This document shows positions 1-14,333 of a DNA stretch of 64,000 nucleotides, one piece after another. The DNA comes from Lingula anatina (taxonomy: Eukaryota > Animalia > Brachiopoda), in the NCBI GenBank assembly GCA_051362555.1, contig CM120647.1, positions 14,732,651 to 14,796,650 of the forward strand. The letters are read 5' to 3'. Position 1 is the first letter of the stretch; each line of letters opens with the position of its first letter. Position numbers and translations under genes: made by a program. The notes under the pieces are model-generated. The model worked only from the letters and a program-made list of their open reading frames with translations, searched no databases and was not told where the DNA came from.

Positions 1-590
1 GACGTTAAGGTTAGGTGGCGAGTTTACTTGGTCACTTCAGTCTTCCCTTGACAGAGCATTCCCTCTACTGTCTAATTTTGCTTAGTATGGATAGCATCAT
101 GTCACCGTTATCAGTCGTTATCGCTGCACCACGCAGTGTTATTGCTTACATTTCCTCGACCCCCAATGACCTGTTCCGTGATTCATTAGCTTCAAAACGT
201 TGTATTGCTTTTGATGTCGTAACCACGCCGGCGCTACTCTTGTTAAAAATCTGCACGGAATTTTACGTTGGAAGTGTTGATTTATGGCAGTACCGGTAAG
301 TGGACTGTACTTGGGAGACCAAAGGCGTGTTCCTACTAGGGCGGATGTGGATCGATTTTAAGGTCGAAGACTCCGTTTTCATTATGATGATTGAAACGGT
401 GAATATTCAGGCACGTGAGAAAAAGATTTTATGAGTTCAGACTAACCATTCAGAAAAGAATCGGCTAATACGCGAGCACGTGTGTGTGTGAATGTGTGTG
501 TGTGGGGGGGTCCCAATGGCGCCCCCAGCTCCACCTGCTCGAATGATTGACTTGGCTGCAAAAGTAAGAAGTTGGTGCTGACATCGCTAG

Positions 591-635
591 CCCCCCCCCC
601 CACCCCCACCCCCCCCCACCCCCCCCCCCCCCCCC
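591..635. repeat. C-rich tract (G-quadruplex-prone on the minus strand)
   Basis: Runs of C interrupted by single A. Confidence 0.8.
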
Positions 636-2798
636 ACCGCCACTTTCCCCGCCAAAGTCATTAGGGATATGTTATTAACTTTGTGTTTTCCCATGTACGA
701 GCATGCAAGTCAGTATATCCATAATTCACACACCCATTGTTAATGCATTCCATGCGCGAGATAATGCTGTTAGACCACGCATGAGACATTCCCTGCTCGT
801 ACACGTTTCTGGGGCTATGTTAAATACATGGTAGATCTTATTTTTAGAAAGTGTTCGTACATTTAGTATTTTATTCCAACACGAGACAAATTGAAACTGA
901 AGCTAGATAGAAATACCTTGTTCTCGCAACCTGTGACTTTATGCGTTGCTCTTCACGTTGGAAAAGCCTTTTCGTCATGCGTGAGAAGCTCCATGCAAAA
1001 TGGTAATTTATATCACATTACGACTATTACATGTATATTTGATCAAACAATACACTGCATGGAGTCAAATGCACCACTTTTTTTCATAAATAAATCAGAT
1101 TTAATCCTGTAGTACGCTTTTGTAACGGAAGGCATGTCGGTATGAGGCTTTTACGTAAACGAGGACCGCAGTCGCGTCTCCCGGTCACATTAATGGCCGC
1201 CTCAGGCGGGTGGCCTAACTGAAACAGATGGTATCCGTACAGGGTTCTTTCATTCTATGGCACAAATCATTGAACAGCAAATGTTCCTGTGTTTATTGCG
1301 TGTAGAATGAATCACGCTCATGCTTGTCTGTGATCATGTTTCATCGAAATGTTATTTCCACCGGCAAATCCAAGGTTTTTTGGAATTTTGGAATGGCAAA
1401 GTTATAAATACTAAATGTCAAATATCCTCAACCCAGAATGTGTTGCAAGCGCGTTGGCTGCTGCAAAGCTCATCTATACAACTATGCCAAGGTAGAAAAT
1501 GAGCCTAACATAAGTCACTGTCATTAAGCAGCACATGTGCTCCTACTCTATCACATTAAGTAAGGTTACAATTAAATAAGACATGCTGATTGGTATTTAT
1601 TTGTCATGTTATGTTCTCATTATTATGGATGTATACTACTCTTCGTAAGTTAGTTAGCCAGCAAATGTCAAGCCATGCACACATTCAGCGCTCAATAACC
1701 ATTATAACAATACTGAAATAATCCACTGTTACACCCCCCTTGCCATCCCTTGAATGAAGGAACCTGTGCCCACCCTTACCTCTTCAGAGTTTTATTTGTC
1801 AATATTTGGTAGTCAACATCATGTCCATAAATCAGTATTATTTAAATATTTAGATGAATATCTCGTCTACTTCCTTTCGACCCATGGCCATTGGTTTTAA
1901 AAATAAGTCGTGTCTAGCATTATGTCGATTTAATTTGTGCCAGAGTTAGCAAAGAGTTTAAGAATTTTTTTTTTGACGCGGCTTATTCCTGAAACAGGTC
2001 CCTGGTAATACAAAAAGGGTTTTGACCGTAAAATGAGGACCAGTTTTGAGGGCGCGGATATGTCTTGAAACAGATACATGGTATGTTGCTGTATTTGTTC
2101 TAGGGACAAACCATCCTGGTAATTCAGTGTAAGTTATTTGTCTGTCTGCTAAAATAGAAACACACGTTTTTATCTTTTTGTCCAGTAGTACTCCCTGGAA
2201 AAAAATCTCAATAGAGATGCCTGGGTTAGTGATTGTTTGATGTCTCAAAGAACACTATGTGTTTTGTTAGCACAACGTCCTATGTCTAGTCTAAGTGTTC
2301 CGTCTGTTTGAAGTGACACACGTTTAGAACAGTTGAAGCAAATTCGCAAGAAAAATAACTATTGTGAACATCTAAATTCCATTTGAGTGCATGAAACCCC
2401 ATAAAGAAAAAAAAAACATTCATCGCGTGTTTAATAACCATTGGGGCTGTTTTACAACAACTCGTAACAGTATTGATTGCAATTATTTTTTGTATTTCGA
2501 AAACAAATACGAATATGTAGATAAAGGAAATGTGTTTGTTTTCTCAAATTGTTGAATAGGAAGGTACTAATGCATTACTGTTTATTCTCTGGCTTTCGTG
2601 CGTTTAATTTCCCCAAAGTAATCGCTATCAAAGAGCCTTTGGTTATGTTTATAAAGTATTTTTTTTGCTCGTAATTTAAATTAAAGATTAGATGTCCATT
2701 TGCCATGAAAATTTGCTTTCGATCTAGAATAAAAATGGAAGAGACTTTGCACCATTATTCCCACGGATGTAGATAGTTTTCTTTTTTAATTCATTTTC

Positions 2799-2838
<40 letters not shown>

Positions 2839-5800
2839 TTTTTTTTTTTTTTTGCTTTTCAAGAATCAAACATAGAAAACAAGTGGGTAGATAATGTTTG
2901 GAATAAAAATAACTCTGACCTGGCCCTGATTTTCTTGTTTGCCTTAAAGTGATGTAAGAAAATTACACCACAGAAGAATACTAATAAATTGGTTTGTACG
3001 GCATGAGATGGATGTTATGTTGAAGTAGAGGAAATATTCGGAGTTTGTTTCAAGTGTTTTCTTTTTAAGATTTAATTGCCCTCCTTCAACCGTGTGATTC
3101 CTCAACTCGTACAAGAACGTGGGACTTTGTAACCAGAATTAACACTTATTCTTGCTTAAAAATCTTGGAGACCGTTCAAATGCTTTTTCCACTCCATAAT
3201 TCGAATGCAATACAAAACCATTACATGTTTTATCTTCGAGCGGATAACTCTGTTGACAGATAAAACCCAAGTGAAGAAAACATTAAGGAATTAGCGTGGG
3301 GGGAAAGTTTGCTGGAAAAACGGAATTTTGGTTCTATAGGGTCTGTTACACCTAGCGTGAAGAGGCGACAGAGATTATACGAAGTATGAAATCACCGTGT
3401 TTCCAGCGTAACGAAATGAAGATATAAGCGGCATATGAAGTTGTTTTTAACATGCACAAAACATTAAATCTCTCTCCGGGTATGCCTAAGTACGTCAACA
3501 ACCTGTGCTCGAGACGTGCACATGTATACGTCTTACGAACCATTTGCCTTTGTCCGCATATGGGCAATTTTTTGTACCTTAGTGCTATACGCTATGTGTT
3601 ACAGTGCCTTTACTTGCCCCGAGGGTAGATGACATTGCACTTTCAATGATTTGATAATGGTATCGATGACAATTTTTGTCCAAAAATAATTCTGTTTGTT
3701 ACAAGGCCCCTATTACTGAGTCCCACGGACGTTTCAGACACGTCCAGGATTGATGCGTTTAGGGGCGAGGGGAATTAGATTTCATAACTCCGTGCAGAGA
3801 ATAAAGAACTGAATTTACTATGAGCCAAGACATCCTGATCCATCCAGGACCTGTGTCATCCGTGTGAAGAATGTTCTTGGTGATTATAAGAAGGCGCCGA
3901 TATATTTTCACGTCTCTATAAACCTGTTAGTGAATCCTTCATGACCTGTTAACGAAAGAGTTGGCGTTTTCATCAACGTCGCTATGAAGACATGATGCTA
4001 CAAATGTTCTTCGCAAATTTAAATTAAATAGGGGCCTAACAAGGATAGTTAGATATCCAGATTGGAAAAAAAAAGCGATTAAATGATTATAATTATAAAT
4101 TCAGCAAAATCAACTCAATTTTTATTTTATTTTACGTCATTGTTTTAAATTTAGCTTTGGCGGAGTTGGTGGAGAAATCTCTAAATGTAATTATATAATT
4201 CAAACATGAAAAGAAAGGAAAAAAAACTACATGTACACTGACCATACAAGCACTTTGTAATTATACATGAGAACACATGGTGTAGTTGTCACGTGTTCCC
4301 CAGTGCTGGATTTCTACGCCTTACGAAGGCTGGTTATTCCTTACATGCATAGGTACATGTACGTACCTCAAGTCTGGTTCGCTTTCCAGAGACCAGCATA
4401 CCTAGCTCACAAATCACTACGTTTATTTATCTGGCTGAGATCGAGTTCGCAGAAGACAGTCCGGAAAATCTACCTACAGGAGCGACTGACTATAGGCCTA
4501 TAGGCTTCTCAGACAGTAAAAAATATACTACCTATATATACCCTACACTACATGGAAGACGAAGCACATATAAGATGTCGGTATTGACTGCAGTAGAAAT
4601 TATATTAAGTCATTTAATATGCATTTGGCCTACTAGAGACATTTGACACAGTTAACCTTAAGTTTACAATGTAGCTAGAAGATGAAACCATGTTTGACAA
4701 GAAAGAAATTACTTCTTTCTACAATTGAAAACACATTTAAAAACACGATGGCAATTCCTTCCAAAAACAGCATATATACTGGTACGCGTCCGTTTTGCGC
4801 TTCCGGTACTGGCAGATCGTACATGTAGCCTACAATGTAAATGTAGCCTACATGTAGGCCTACATGAACTCTGTTGATGCCATTTTATCTAAGATAAATA
4901 ATTTACCAAATGTCGATATATAACAGAGCGAAAATTTCTTAAGTGCAATAGGACCATGAAATCAACACAATGATACCAATTATTCCCTAATTGACAAAAC
5001 TTTGTGCTATTCCAACAAAATGACAGTCGAGCAGAAGTGGAAAAAAAGGGAAAAAACTTAGATCGATGCAAATAGCTTACACAAGACACCCCAAGAGGAT
5101 TTTCTTAACGATAACATCAAGAATGCGACTTGCCTCAACAGCTATCAATTTGTTCTTCTTAATTGTAATATCTCTGAGGAGCGAAGATTGATAAGCCTGA
5201 AGTGTATTTTAACAGTGGTATTGATTTTTTTTCACTCACTGTAGGTAACCAGACTCAATCCGACCTAACAGCAGGACACTTTAGACATACGCTGTACACG
5301 TTTATAAATCCTCCAAAGTCACATTGTTCTATGTCTACACATCATGCAAATGTCTTATGTTTCCCAATTAAGTCTTTGAAACCCCACAATTAAAAGTACC
5401 TGATATCGTTGTCCGTCTTGAAATGTACAGACAGACACCTCGTTAAAAATGAATGACCAGTCATTCAGAACAGCATGTAAATCACGAAATTGAAGATGTA
5501 ATAAAACATCGCACCCAAGTGCGGGTTGAGCAAGGATTCGTGAATATGGGATAAAAATTGCTTTTCCCCAGCATAGTACATTGTGGAAAATGCTCTGAGA
5601 CTTAAACACGGGGTGAAGAAATAACTCGAAACTCCCCCAGGCCACCAAAGCATAAAACTGGATGAAAAGACGATAAAAATTGATAACAAAATAAAGAAAA
5701 TCAAACAGCGTAACGACCAAATAACCAAATAGAAAGCCCCAAGCCGATGGTTACATGCTGACAACTGTGAAATCACTGCAAACTTACCCTCGGTTTTCGA

Positions 5801-7575
5801 AATTAAAAAAAAAAAGGACAGGAAAATTAGATATAAAATAATTATCAGAAAAAGCATTGACTTACATTACAATCACTATTATTGACAAACTTGAGCGACA
5901 TTAACGATTTTGCAATCTAATTTGGCGTGTTTGTCCTATTTGAAGCAAACCACTGATCATGCAAGATAGCAGTATTTTTATTGCACGTACATGTGTGTTA
6001 TCGCACGTGTATCACACACTCACACTCACACACACACACACACACACATACGGATTATTTCATGGAACTTATATTACCAAACAATAGATCGGTATTACTC
6101 TTTTGTATAGAGTAATACCGCAAAGATCTGATTAAATCCATCGCACATTCAGACAATGTAGAAATGGTAGGAGCTACATGTATTATTTAACAGGTCCACA
6201 AGCTAGAGATTTGGTTTTAAAATAGGGTCTTTCCGTTATGTATACATATATTTGCTAAGTCCAGGCATTTAAGCAGGAAACGCACAAACAAACAAGGAAA
6301 GGAAAGCATGAAGAAATCAAGAAAAAAAGAAAGAAAGAAAGAAAGAGGAAAAGGGAAGGAGAATAAAACGGTAGAGGCACTTAAAAGAACCCAGGAAAAA
6401 CTCATTACGGACGCTCAGTCCTTATCATAATAAAGTATGACACAGATCGAGTTCGGTCAGCTTAAATGTCTGTAGATACAAACCAAATATGCGTCTTCTC
6501 CATCAACATGACAAGTACGATCATCTGAACCCATATCAATCTTAAATCAAATTATTACATTTGCATATTGCACGAGCTACATGTATGCCTGAGATAGATT
6601 GGGACTTAACGAAGAAACCAACAACGTAATTCTCAAATTACGAGTAATCCATTCGGATTGATCCTACGACCTTGCCCTGTAATTATTCCCTGGGAGTTTT
6701 CATCAGACTTCGTTACAAAGAGTCTCGGAGAACACGTAGCCACTAATTACACGTATCAATCCATTCTGTAAAACCATGCTAATTACACTGCAGTACCTAT
6801 AAGCTCATCAGATAAGGAGAAAACAGGCGAAAGAAATACGCGGTCTTTCAAGCTGTTGAGGTCATGGGCTCCGCCGTATACATAAATATTTCCTGATCGT
6901 GAAGGCGGTGGGAGTAGATCAACTGACATTTTGGCATGTTGGCATGATGTGGCACTGGTAATTCAACAAGGTCAAGCGAAAGGTCATAATGGCTTGCGAT
7001 CCACAGAGAATACACATTAAATCATTTAACAGTGTTTTTATCAAGATATATGGCAAAGTATTTTTAAAGATTTTCTTATGAAAGACGACAGAAATTGTTT
7101 ATCTTTGGATGAACCAACGCTCACGATTGGAAAAATTTTTAAAATTGTTTTCACACATGAAATGATCGTTACTTGTTTTTCAGGTACATGTACTTCTAAA
7201 TGCACGAGTAGTCGTCTATACTTTGGAAGTTTTATAGTCTGCACCTATACAATGCAGCATATACATTAAGATAATGGATTCAAGCGATATTGTAACCTTA
7301 CATCATTGTGTATAAGAACAACCAAATTCAATAAAGCAAATTTATTTAACTTTGTTTGTTATCAGTGCTGAAATCATTGGATTATAAATCGCATCCAACA
7401 TAATTTGAAAAGCATTATTTCCCAAAAATTAACGTGTATTTTCCCTTCCAACCGTCTCTCTTTCCCACACTGCCCGCACTTTTGTTCGCCTTCCTATCCG
7501 TGCACCTTTTGGTCCGTCTGACTGACTGTCTTTCTTTTTGTCTGCCCGCGTATCCATTTAACATTTCCCTCTCTC

Positions 7576-7578
<3 letters not shown>

Positions 7579-7621
<43 letters not shown>
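7579..7621. repeat. (CT)n microsatellite
   Basis: Read directly from the sequence. Confidence 0.95.
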
Positions 7622-7623
<2 letters not shown>

Positions 7624-7662
7624 AGTCAAGTTTTTTATTATTATTGATTCAGTCGACTTTAA

Positions 7663-7928
7663 AGGGAAACTCCAATCCGATTCACACAGACACACCACGC
7701 GCAAAACAAATAGAAATCGACTTCACTCTGAGGAAATTAATCACACAGTAAGAAACTCGCCTCGTACAAATTAGAAACTGTATGAAAGGATACACAAAGT
7801 CACGGGTTATCAGTCAGCCGTCGGCGAGATTAAAGGAAATCCATCAGTTTACCGTGATCCACCTGCAGCCAGTGTCCAGAATACCAATAAACCATAGTAC
7901 CAACACACAGACTGCTTTGGTTTTTCCT
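7663..7928. mobile_element. Possible degenerate TTAA-flanked MITE
   Basis: ttaa-agggaaactccaa ... ttggtttttcct-ttaa, imperfect TIR. Confidence 0.45.
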
Positions 7929-9122
7929 TTAAGCGTCCAAACTCAAAATTTAATGAACCTTGGAGAAAATAAATGTACATAAAAATGGAGAAAACACAGA
8001 TATTAAGAAATACATATACTAGTACTGACTGTCGAAATAACAAAACGGCGAGGAGTGCTTCTGAAATGCATTGTACAGATGACATTTTCTAAAAGAAAAA
8101 GACGCGTACTTATCTTTGTTTTTCAATCCTATCAAACCTCAAAGCAAAAACCGTTCCTGCACCACTCTCTCGTCGGATGTTGGCATTTATCAACTATTAC
8201 ACTAAAACTGTCTATTTGATTCAAATATGAATCATTCCACTAATGCAACATTGTGCCTTTTGCATTTTATCCAGACCTGATACAAGCATATGTAAGTTAT
8301 AGAATGGCGATAATACACGGTTGAAGAGATGATGAGATAAAAAAAAAAAAAAAAAAAAAAAAACAATACAAAAAATAAATAAAGAAGGAATGGAGGAAAG
8401 GAGCAAGGACTCACTAAATGACTGACGAAATGGCTGACAAAATGAAGGAAGGACGGAACAACGGAAGAAAAATACAAGAAAAATAATAACAGAAACTAAG
8501 GTAAATAGATCGGCGAAATCGACAGCGGGAAAGCAAACGTGTCATTTCCCTGCTTCGCCTTAATCACCAACACCCAATTAAATTGCAATTATACAAGCAA
8601 TCACCCATGGAACAAACACATTTGACTAATTAGCTGTCGACGTTTCGCAGTTGGGCAGCCACAGTGCTTTTAAAACTCTGCATGTCAAGACGAATGAACA
8701 CTTCAAAAGAAACTCATTTCCATCGATTTTTGCCGTCTTTTTTTTTCTTTTTCTTTTTCTCTTCATTGTTCACATAGCACTTACTCCTAGCCAGTTATGT
8801 TTCAGAGAGGATAAGAAGTACATCCATCATTTCTGTGCACAGCTCCACGAATACGAGAGTGAAATACAAACCCAGACTCTGGCAAGATGTACTTTAGCTT
8901 GAATGCCTCAGTGTGCGGCTTTCTCCTCTTGTGAAATAGGGCAAAAAAAGTCGTTTGTTAAAAAAATAAACACAACCTTTTTGCCAAGCTGCAAACAGGC
9001 ATACATGTACATGTATTGGGAATTACCCTTATCATCTGTCATCAGATTGGGGGGAAACGAAGAATAATAATGGCATAAATATAGCTACAACTGGGTCATA
9101 ATTGCATTTCGACAATGTACAG

Positions 9123-9977
9123 TGTAATTTGTAAGAAGAAACCCTCTTTAGCACCAACGAACAAAGCGTTATTTCATAAGGGTGGTGTCGTAGAGCAGCT
9201 GGTTTTAGTTTATACGGGTTATTTCTTCACACGCAAATGCCAAAGGTACCTGTAGTGTGAAGATGATACCGGTAAGTCGAGAATGTCCATGGTCAAAGGC
9301 AAAGAGGGAATTTTAGAAACAACAACATTTGAGGCAACTGTAGGCGGCTCGAGAAAAATGGTTTGCAGGAAGCTTAAGATATAAATATACGCAAGCAGGG
9401 TATGTGTACCGCCTGTGGTACTCACCAAGACGGTGAATGAAGGGGAATAAGAAACGTGTTATGGACTGGAAGAAGGACAGAAGTTAAATACTTTACAAAG
9501 ACGCCACCCACCCCACACCTGTTTCCCCACGGCCCTGAATAATGTCTAGGCACAAACGTGCTTTCTGATATTTCTTGTTTAACTTTTTTTTTTAATTTCC
9601 GAATCAATCAATATGTCCTTTGCATTTGCAAAAACTGTAGTTGTAGCTATGTCAGTACTTCTACGAGATCATATAAGCAAGGACGAAACACACCCAAGAT
9701 ATCTTTGGATCGTTTTCTCAGAATGATGGTATTCATACCTAGGAATTTTATGTGACCGTGGTGATATACGCTTTATTCGGTTTCGGGTTTAATCTGTGAA
9801 GTGTGACCACATGTGTTATCTCACTTTTACGTTACCATACGCTCCGCGTTCCCTAGGTTTTGTAATTTGTCAGAAGAAACCCTCTTTAGCACCAATGAAC
9901 AAAACGCAGTTTCACAAGGGCGCACGGTGTCAGTTGGTTTTATTTGATACAGGTTATTTCTGCACACGCAAATGCCA
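9123..9977 (+). repeat. ~120-bp direct repeat pair (9123-9243 and 9860-9977)
   Basis: tgtaatttgt(a/c)agaagaaaccctctttagcaccaa ... ggttatttct(t/g)cacacgcaaatgcca occurs at both sites. Confidence 0.8.
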
Positions 9978-10109
9978 GAGGGAGAATATTGAGGACATGA
10001 TGACATCATTGTTGTTAGTGAAACAGGTAACTATTTCAGGAACCTTATATAGCAAAAATAACAAGGATAATAACAATAATATTAATTAATAAAGAGAGGA
10101 ATACCATAA

Positions 10110-10320
10110 TTTTTATACCTACTTTATATAATGGGAAATGTGTTCTCATGTTTTTCTAGCATGCCAACGTCTTAAATATATCTGATACTTTTAAACCAGG
10201 TTGTAACAATGATCGGTGGCAATTTACACCTACTTTATATAATGGGAAATGTGTTCTCGTGTTTTTCTAGCATGCAAAAGCCTTAATGTGTCTGATATTC
10301 TTAAACCACGATGTAACCAA
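10110..10320 (+). repeat. ~112-bp tandem duplication
   Basis: acctactttatataatgggaaatgtgttctc.tgtttttctagcatgc occurs twice in tandem. Confidence 0.85.
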
Positions 10321-13300
10321 TACATCTTACCGCGTTGTGCTTAGAATCAAAATCAACGAATCCATTCTTTGTTAAACCATACGACTCATTAAATCCATTC
10401 AGCATACAAAGCGTACAGCAGTCATCCAAACATTATTTGATGTCGGAATTTAAAAAGCTAGTTTAAAAGCATTCCTGACCCATATTCACCCGGTTCATTA
10501 ACGTTATCACTGTGTAGCACTACACTAAGTACAATATACTAGTGGCAAAAAGCTATTAGGCGGCAGTAAAGTCATTGTGTCATGCTAGAAAATAACACAG
10601 ACTGAATTAACACTAAAGATTTGGATACGGAAGTTTGGTTTACTGGATATATTTTAAGCACGTATTTTACTGTCTGTGTGTTTATATAAGCTATCATTAG
10701 TCTTGGATATTGTTATCTTATACTGTGTACATTGCATGTTTTGGTAATATGTTATAACGAAGACTGAAAGGAAATAAGACCAGAATTTGATCTTATGACT
10801 TTACCCTTTATCTTTCTTCGTGCTTTCCCTCTTTTTTTTTTTTTTTTTTTTTTTTTGGGTTTCATGAAGTTTTGTAAGACGATTCTTCTGAAGCGTAATC
10901 TGAGGACGTGAATGTCACGATCATGCAACAAGCTTTCATAAGTTCTATTTATTTATTTATTTATTATTTTTTGGTCGTAAACCTGTATGTCAAAGCACGT
11001 ATTGTACCATATGTGGTCAGTCAGTGTTTAAACGTGTAAATTAAATCTAATTTCAGTTTTGCCCTGGAACAACGGTATGTCTGATATATGCGAATTAAAT
11101 AGGAATCATGGGAATTAAATAGCTAGCAAACAGTGGATATCGAAAAAGAGGGGAAAGGTGCTCGTGGACTTCTGAAGAGTTGCCGTACACGTCGGCCGGC
11201 TTTGGAGGAGGTGAACTGTACATTTCCAACACCGCAGAATTTGTAACGGATTGCACCTTCTTTACCAAAATTCAATATACATGTAGTGCTTAATGAAGAC
11301 ACTTTTTGTAGTTTAAATTATATATATTGTCAGATTCCCGTTGGCTTTTGTTAAATGTCGTGAATACAAACGTCTGCATGGTTCTGCAACACAATACCAT
11401 GGAAAAAAGATTTTTGTGCTCTTTAGATAAAAAAAGGCGTATCGAAGCAGTAATGTCAAACCTTTGCCATTTAGTATTTAAACAAGCATAACAGTATAGT
11501 TTTTGCTGAAACAGGTTTGTTGTTGCCGTAAAATCGTTCTTCCATTAGCACCAAAGGTTCCAACCTCTCTCCATGTTGTTCATTTTATTATTATTCTTTC
11601 TTCTCTGCATATTTTCCATGCATATTCTACAGTATCTACATGTAAAACCTTTTATTTCTGCAAATAATATCTATTTAGATTCCGTGGCCTATGTGTTCAA
11701 GATAAATTTGAAATTTCCAGATTGATGACATAAAAATCTCATCATCTTGGGAGTAATTGTACTATCATTATTATACGAACCAAATCTTCTTATGATAAAC
11801 ACAATCTAACTCTCTCCCTCAAGGTATGTAATTTGGCATAATATCTTAATTACTCCGCCAAGAATCCTCAATTACAGAACATGTGTAATAGATATCGAAA
11901 TACCTATAAATGACTGTGTATTAGATAAAGTGAGAGCCGCGGAGCTTTAATGGGAATAGAAGAGATAATTAGCAAAGTTGAGGTAATTACCTTGGCTATT
12001 TCGCGCAAAACTCTGCGAGGAGTGGTTTATATTGCATAAACTTTTGAGTATAGAAAACAAAAAGTTGTTCCATACTTTAAATCGTGTGTTCGTGTATTTG
12101 AGCGTGCTGTTAGTGCACGAGGGAAAGAGCACGACGCGTCCTGTTGTTTAAATAGGACCTATGGTATAAATACTGATACAGAATTAAAGAACTGTGGTAA
12201 TTATATATGTGTGCATGGTTTCTGTCCGTTTGCGTCCATTAAAATTGTGCGATGTTTATTCAAATTTATGGTATAACGATTCAGAAAAGAATGGATTATT
12301 AAGGCTCAGGTTGTGACTCATAATGAGATCTACTATATCTGATGACAGAATCTAAAAGGAAAAGTTTGTGCTGATTAGGATGTAAGTTTTAGTTTTTTTT
12401 CCACTTTAAATGGAAACCAGTAGCTGTACGAATCGTAGCACAAGCTCCGAATCTGTTCAATAAAATATCTGATGTGTGTAAGGGGTGTCGTTAGCTAGAC
12501 CCAAAATATATGTGGGAGGAATGCATATTCTTTATATTATTTAGTTCAAAAGGATCATAACTATCAGAAAAACGACGAGTTAAGTGGTTACCCGAAGCCA
12601 AAGAATGATACCAGTGTACAGGTTGCAAACTGAGAAAACAGTCAGTGACAACAGCTGATCAAGGCCTACTATGTACTATACTTGCAAGCAGGGTATCTAG
12701 GATGCCTATAATGCAGATCTAGACGCTGATTAAAGGAAACCTAAGAGACTTAATTTGAAGAAGAAGTACAGAAATACACAACGTCTATGATTACCTTGTT
12801 ACGTAATCACGAATTTAGTCTAGATGCAGTATAATAAAACATGAAGTTACGTAAATGTTACACACAACCACTATAAACGCATTCCACACATGTTTATTTA
12901 GGGGCTTAATGAACCCCCAGTGGCCAGGAATGTGAATGATGGGCATGGGCAAGATTGAGTCATATCTCTGAAAGAGCAGGATCGTGATTTAGGGAGCGTA
13001 TCGTAAAACACATTGAAAATTCATGGGAACTGAAGCGCGAAAATTACGGAAGCAATGAATCAAACTATCTCATTATACACCACTGGATCCGACCGATATG
13101 AATGCTTCAGGTACTGATTGATGACAAGTCCTTTTTTTAAAGTAGTTTGTGACGCAACTTGATGACATAACAATGGATTACCATCTGTTTATAAGGCACG
13201 GTGAAGAGTTACGACGCGCGATTCTATGGGGCCATTCAGAATAGATGGTCCGAGTACTAACTGATCCGCTGACTAATTATGGCCGGCCCCACTTCCAAAG

Positions 13301-14092
13301 CGTTGTCGCTGATTTCATGATGGTCTCCCCCACTCCACAATGTTTGCATGTTTTAGAGATCTGGCAACCTCGTTGGAATTTCCCGTTTAGAAGCATGACT
13401 TATTCATTAATATACAAGACAACCAAAAGGTTATTTTAATTTGATGCGCATTCCACATAAATCATTTAAAAGTGTGAAATGACATTAACACCTTGTAATT
13501 GGCGCTATCCTGTTGCGAAAATGACTAACGACGCGTGCTATTTTTTTCTCACGAGGACATGTAAAATCTAATCAAAACCTATTCAAATCATCCGTTCCGA
13601 TGCGGTCATGATAAATGCTATTAATCTTTGTTATCACGAATAATCATCGTTTGATGCTAGTGGGTGTTTTCTACAAATAAAAAAGATTAGGTGGTGCCGG
13701 GCCTGCTGAGAATAGTCTCCACTGGGGGTTCTTCTCTTGCTTCGTTAGTCAACACGTGCAAGATAATTGCGTCTGTCGTTTTGTAAATATGATTTCCGTT
13801 CTTTGCATTGAGCAGTAAAAGCGCTTAGCATGCACCGTGTCAGCTGGAATAAGATTACGGGTTATAGAGCTACTAAGGTCCTTGCAGAAAATTTGGTGGC
13901 AACGCAGAGAATGGATAGCAAAAAGAAAGAGAGGAAGAAAGAGATAATACATGACAGCTTCAAAAGAATGAACACACCATAAGGCTTATATTGTTATTAA
14001 AATCGACTGCTTATAGAGACGAATAGAGTGGCATAATGTCCTATACTGGTCGACTGAACAATTGATGCTGACGATAATTAAAAAAAAAAAAA

Positions 14093-14333
14093 ACTAGAAA
14101 AGCACTCCGAGAGAGCAGACCTCCGCCAAGGCAGCGATTTTTTTATTATTATTGATTGATTATTGATCCGGATCACCACCAAAAACTAATATTCTCTTCC
14201 TTGGCCCACTTCCGACAGTTCCTGAAAATTTCATCAAAATCAGTCCATAACTTTTTGAGTTATGTTGATGACAGACAGACAGACAGACAAACAGACAAAA
14301 AGGGGTAAAAACATAACCTCCTTGGCGGAGGTA
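14093..14333 (-). mobile_element. Short non-autonomous Helitron/Helentron-type element
   Basis: Internal inverted repeat acctccgccaagg / ccttggcggaggt, (GACA)n tract, and a hairpin plus CTAG at the minus-strand 3' end, inserted in an A/T run. Confidence 0.65.

Noticed and set aside
15-299. 94-aa ORF at the window start and other 60-135 aa ORFs in 1-33000
   Set aside because: No recognisable domains. Many start at non-ATG codons or run through microsatellites and low-complexity tracts.
6090-6120. 11-bp hairpin cggtattactc / gagtaataccg
   Set aside because: Isolated short palindrome with no supporting context. Bacterial terminator logic does not apply here.
8630-8690. gacgtttcg as a possible minus-strand hammerhead
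   Set aside because: No matching TCNTCAG box at a suitable distance.
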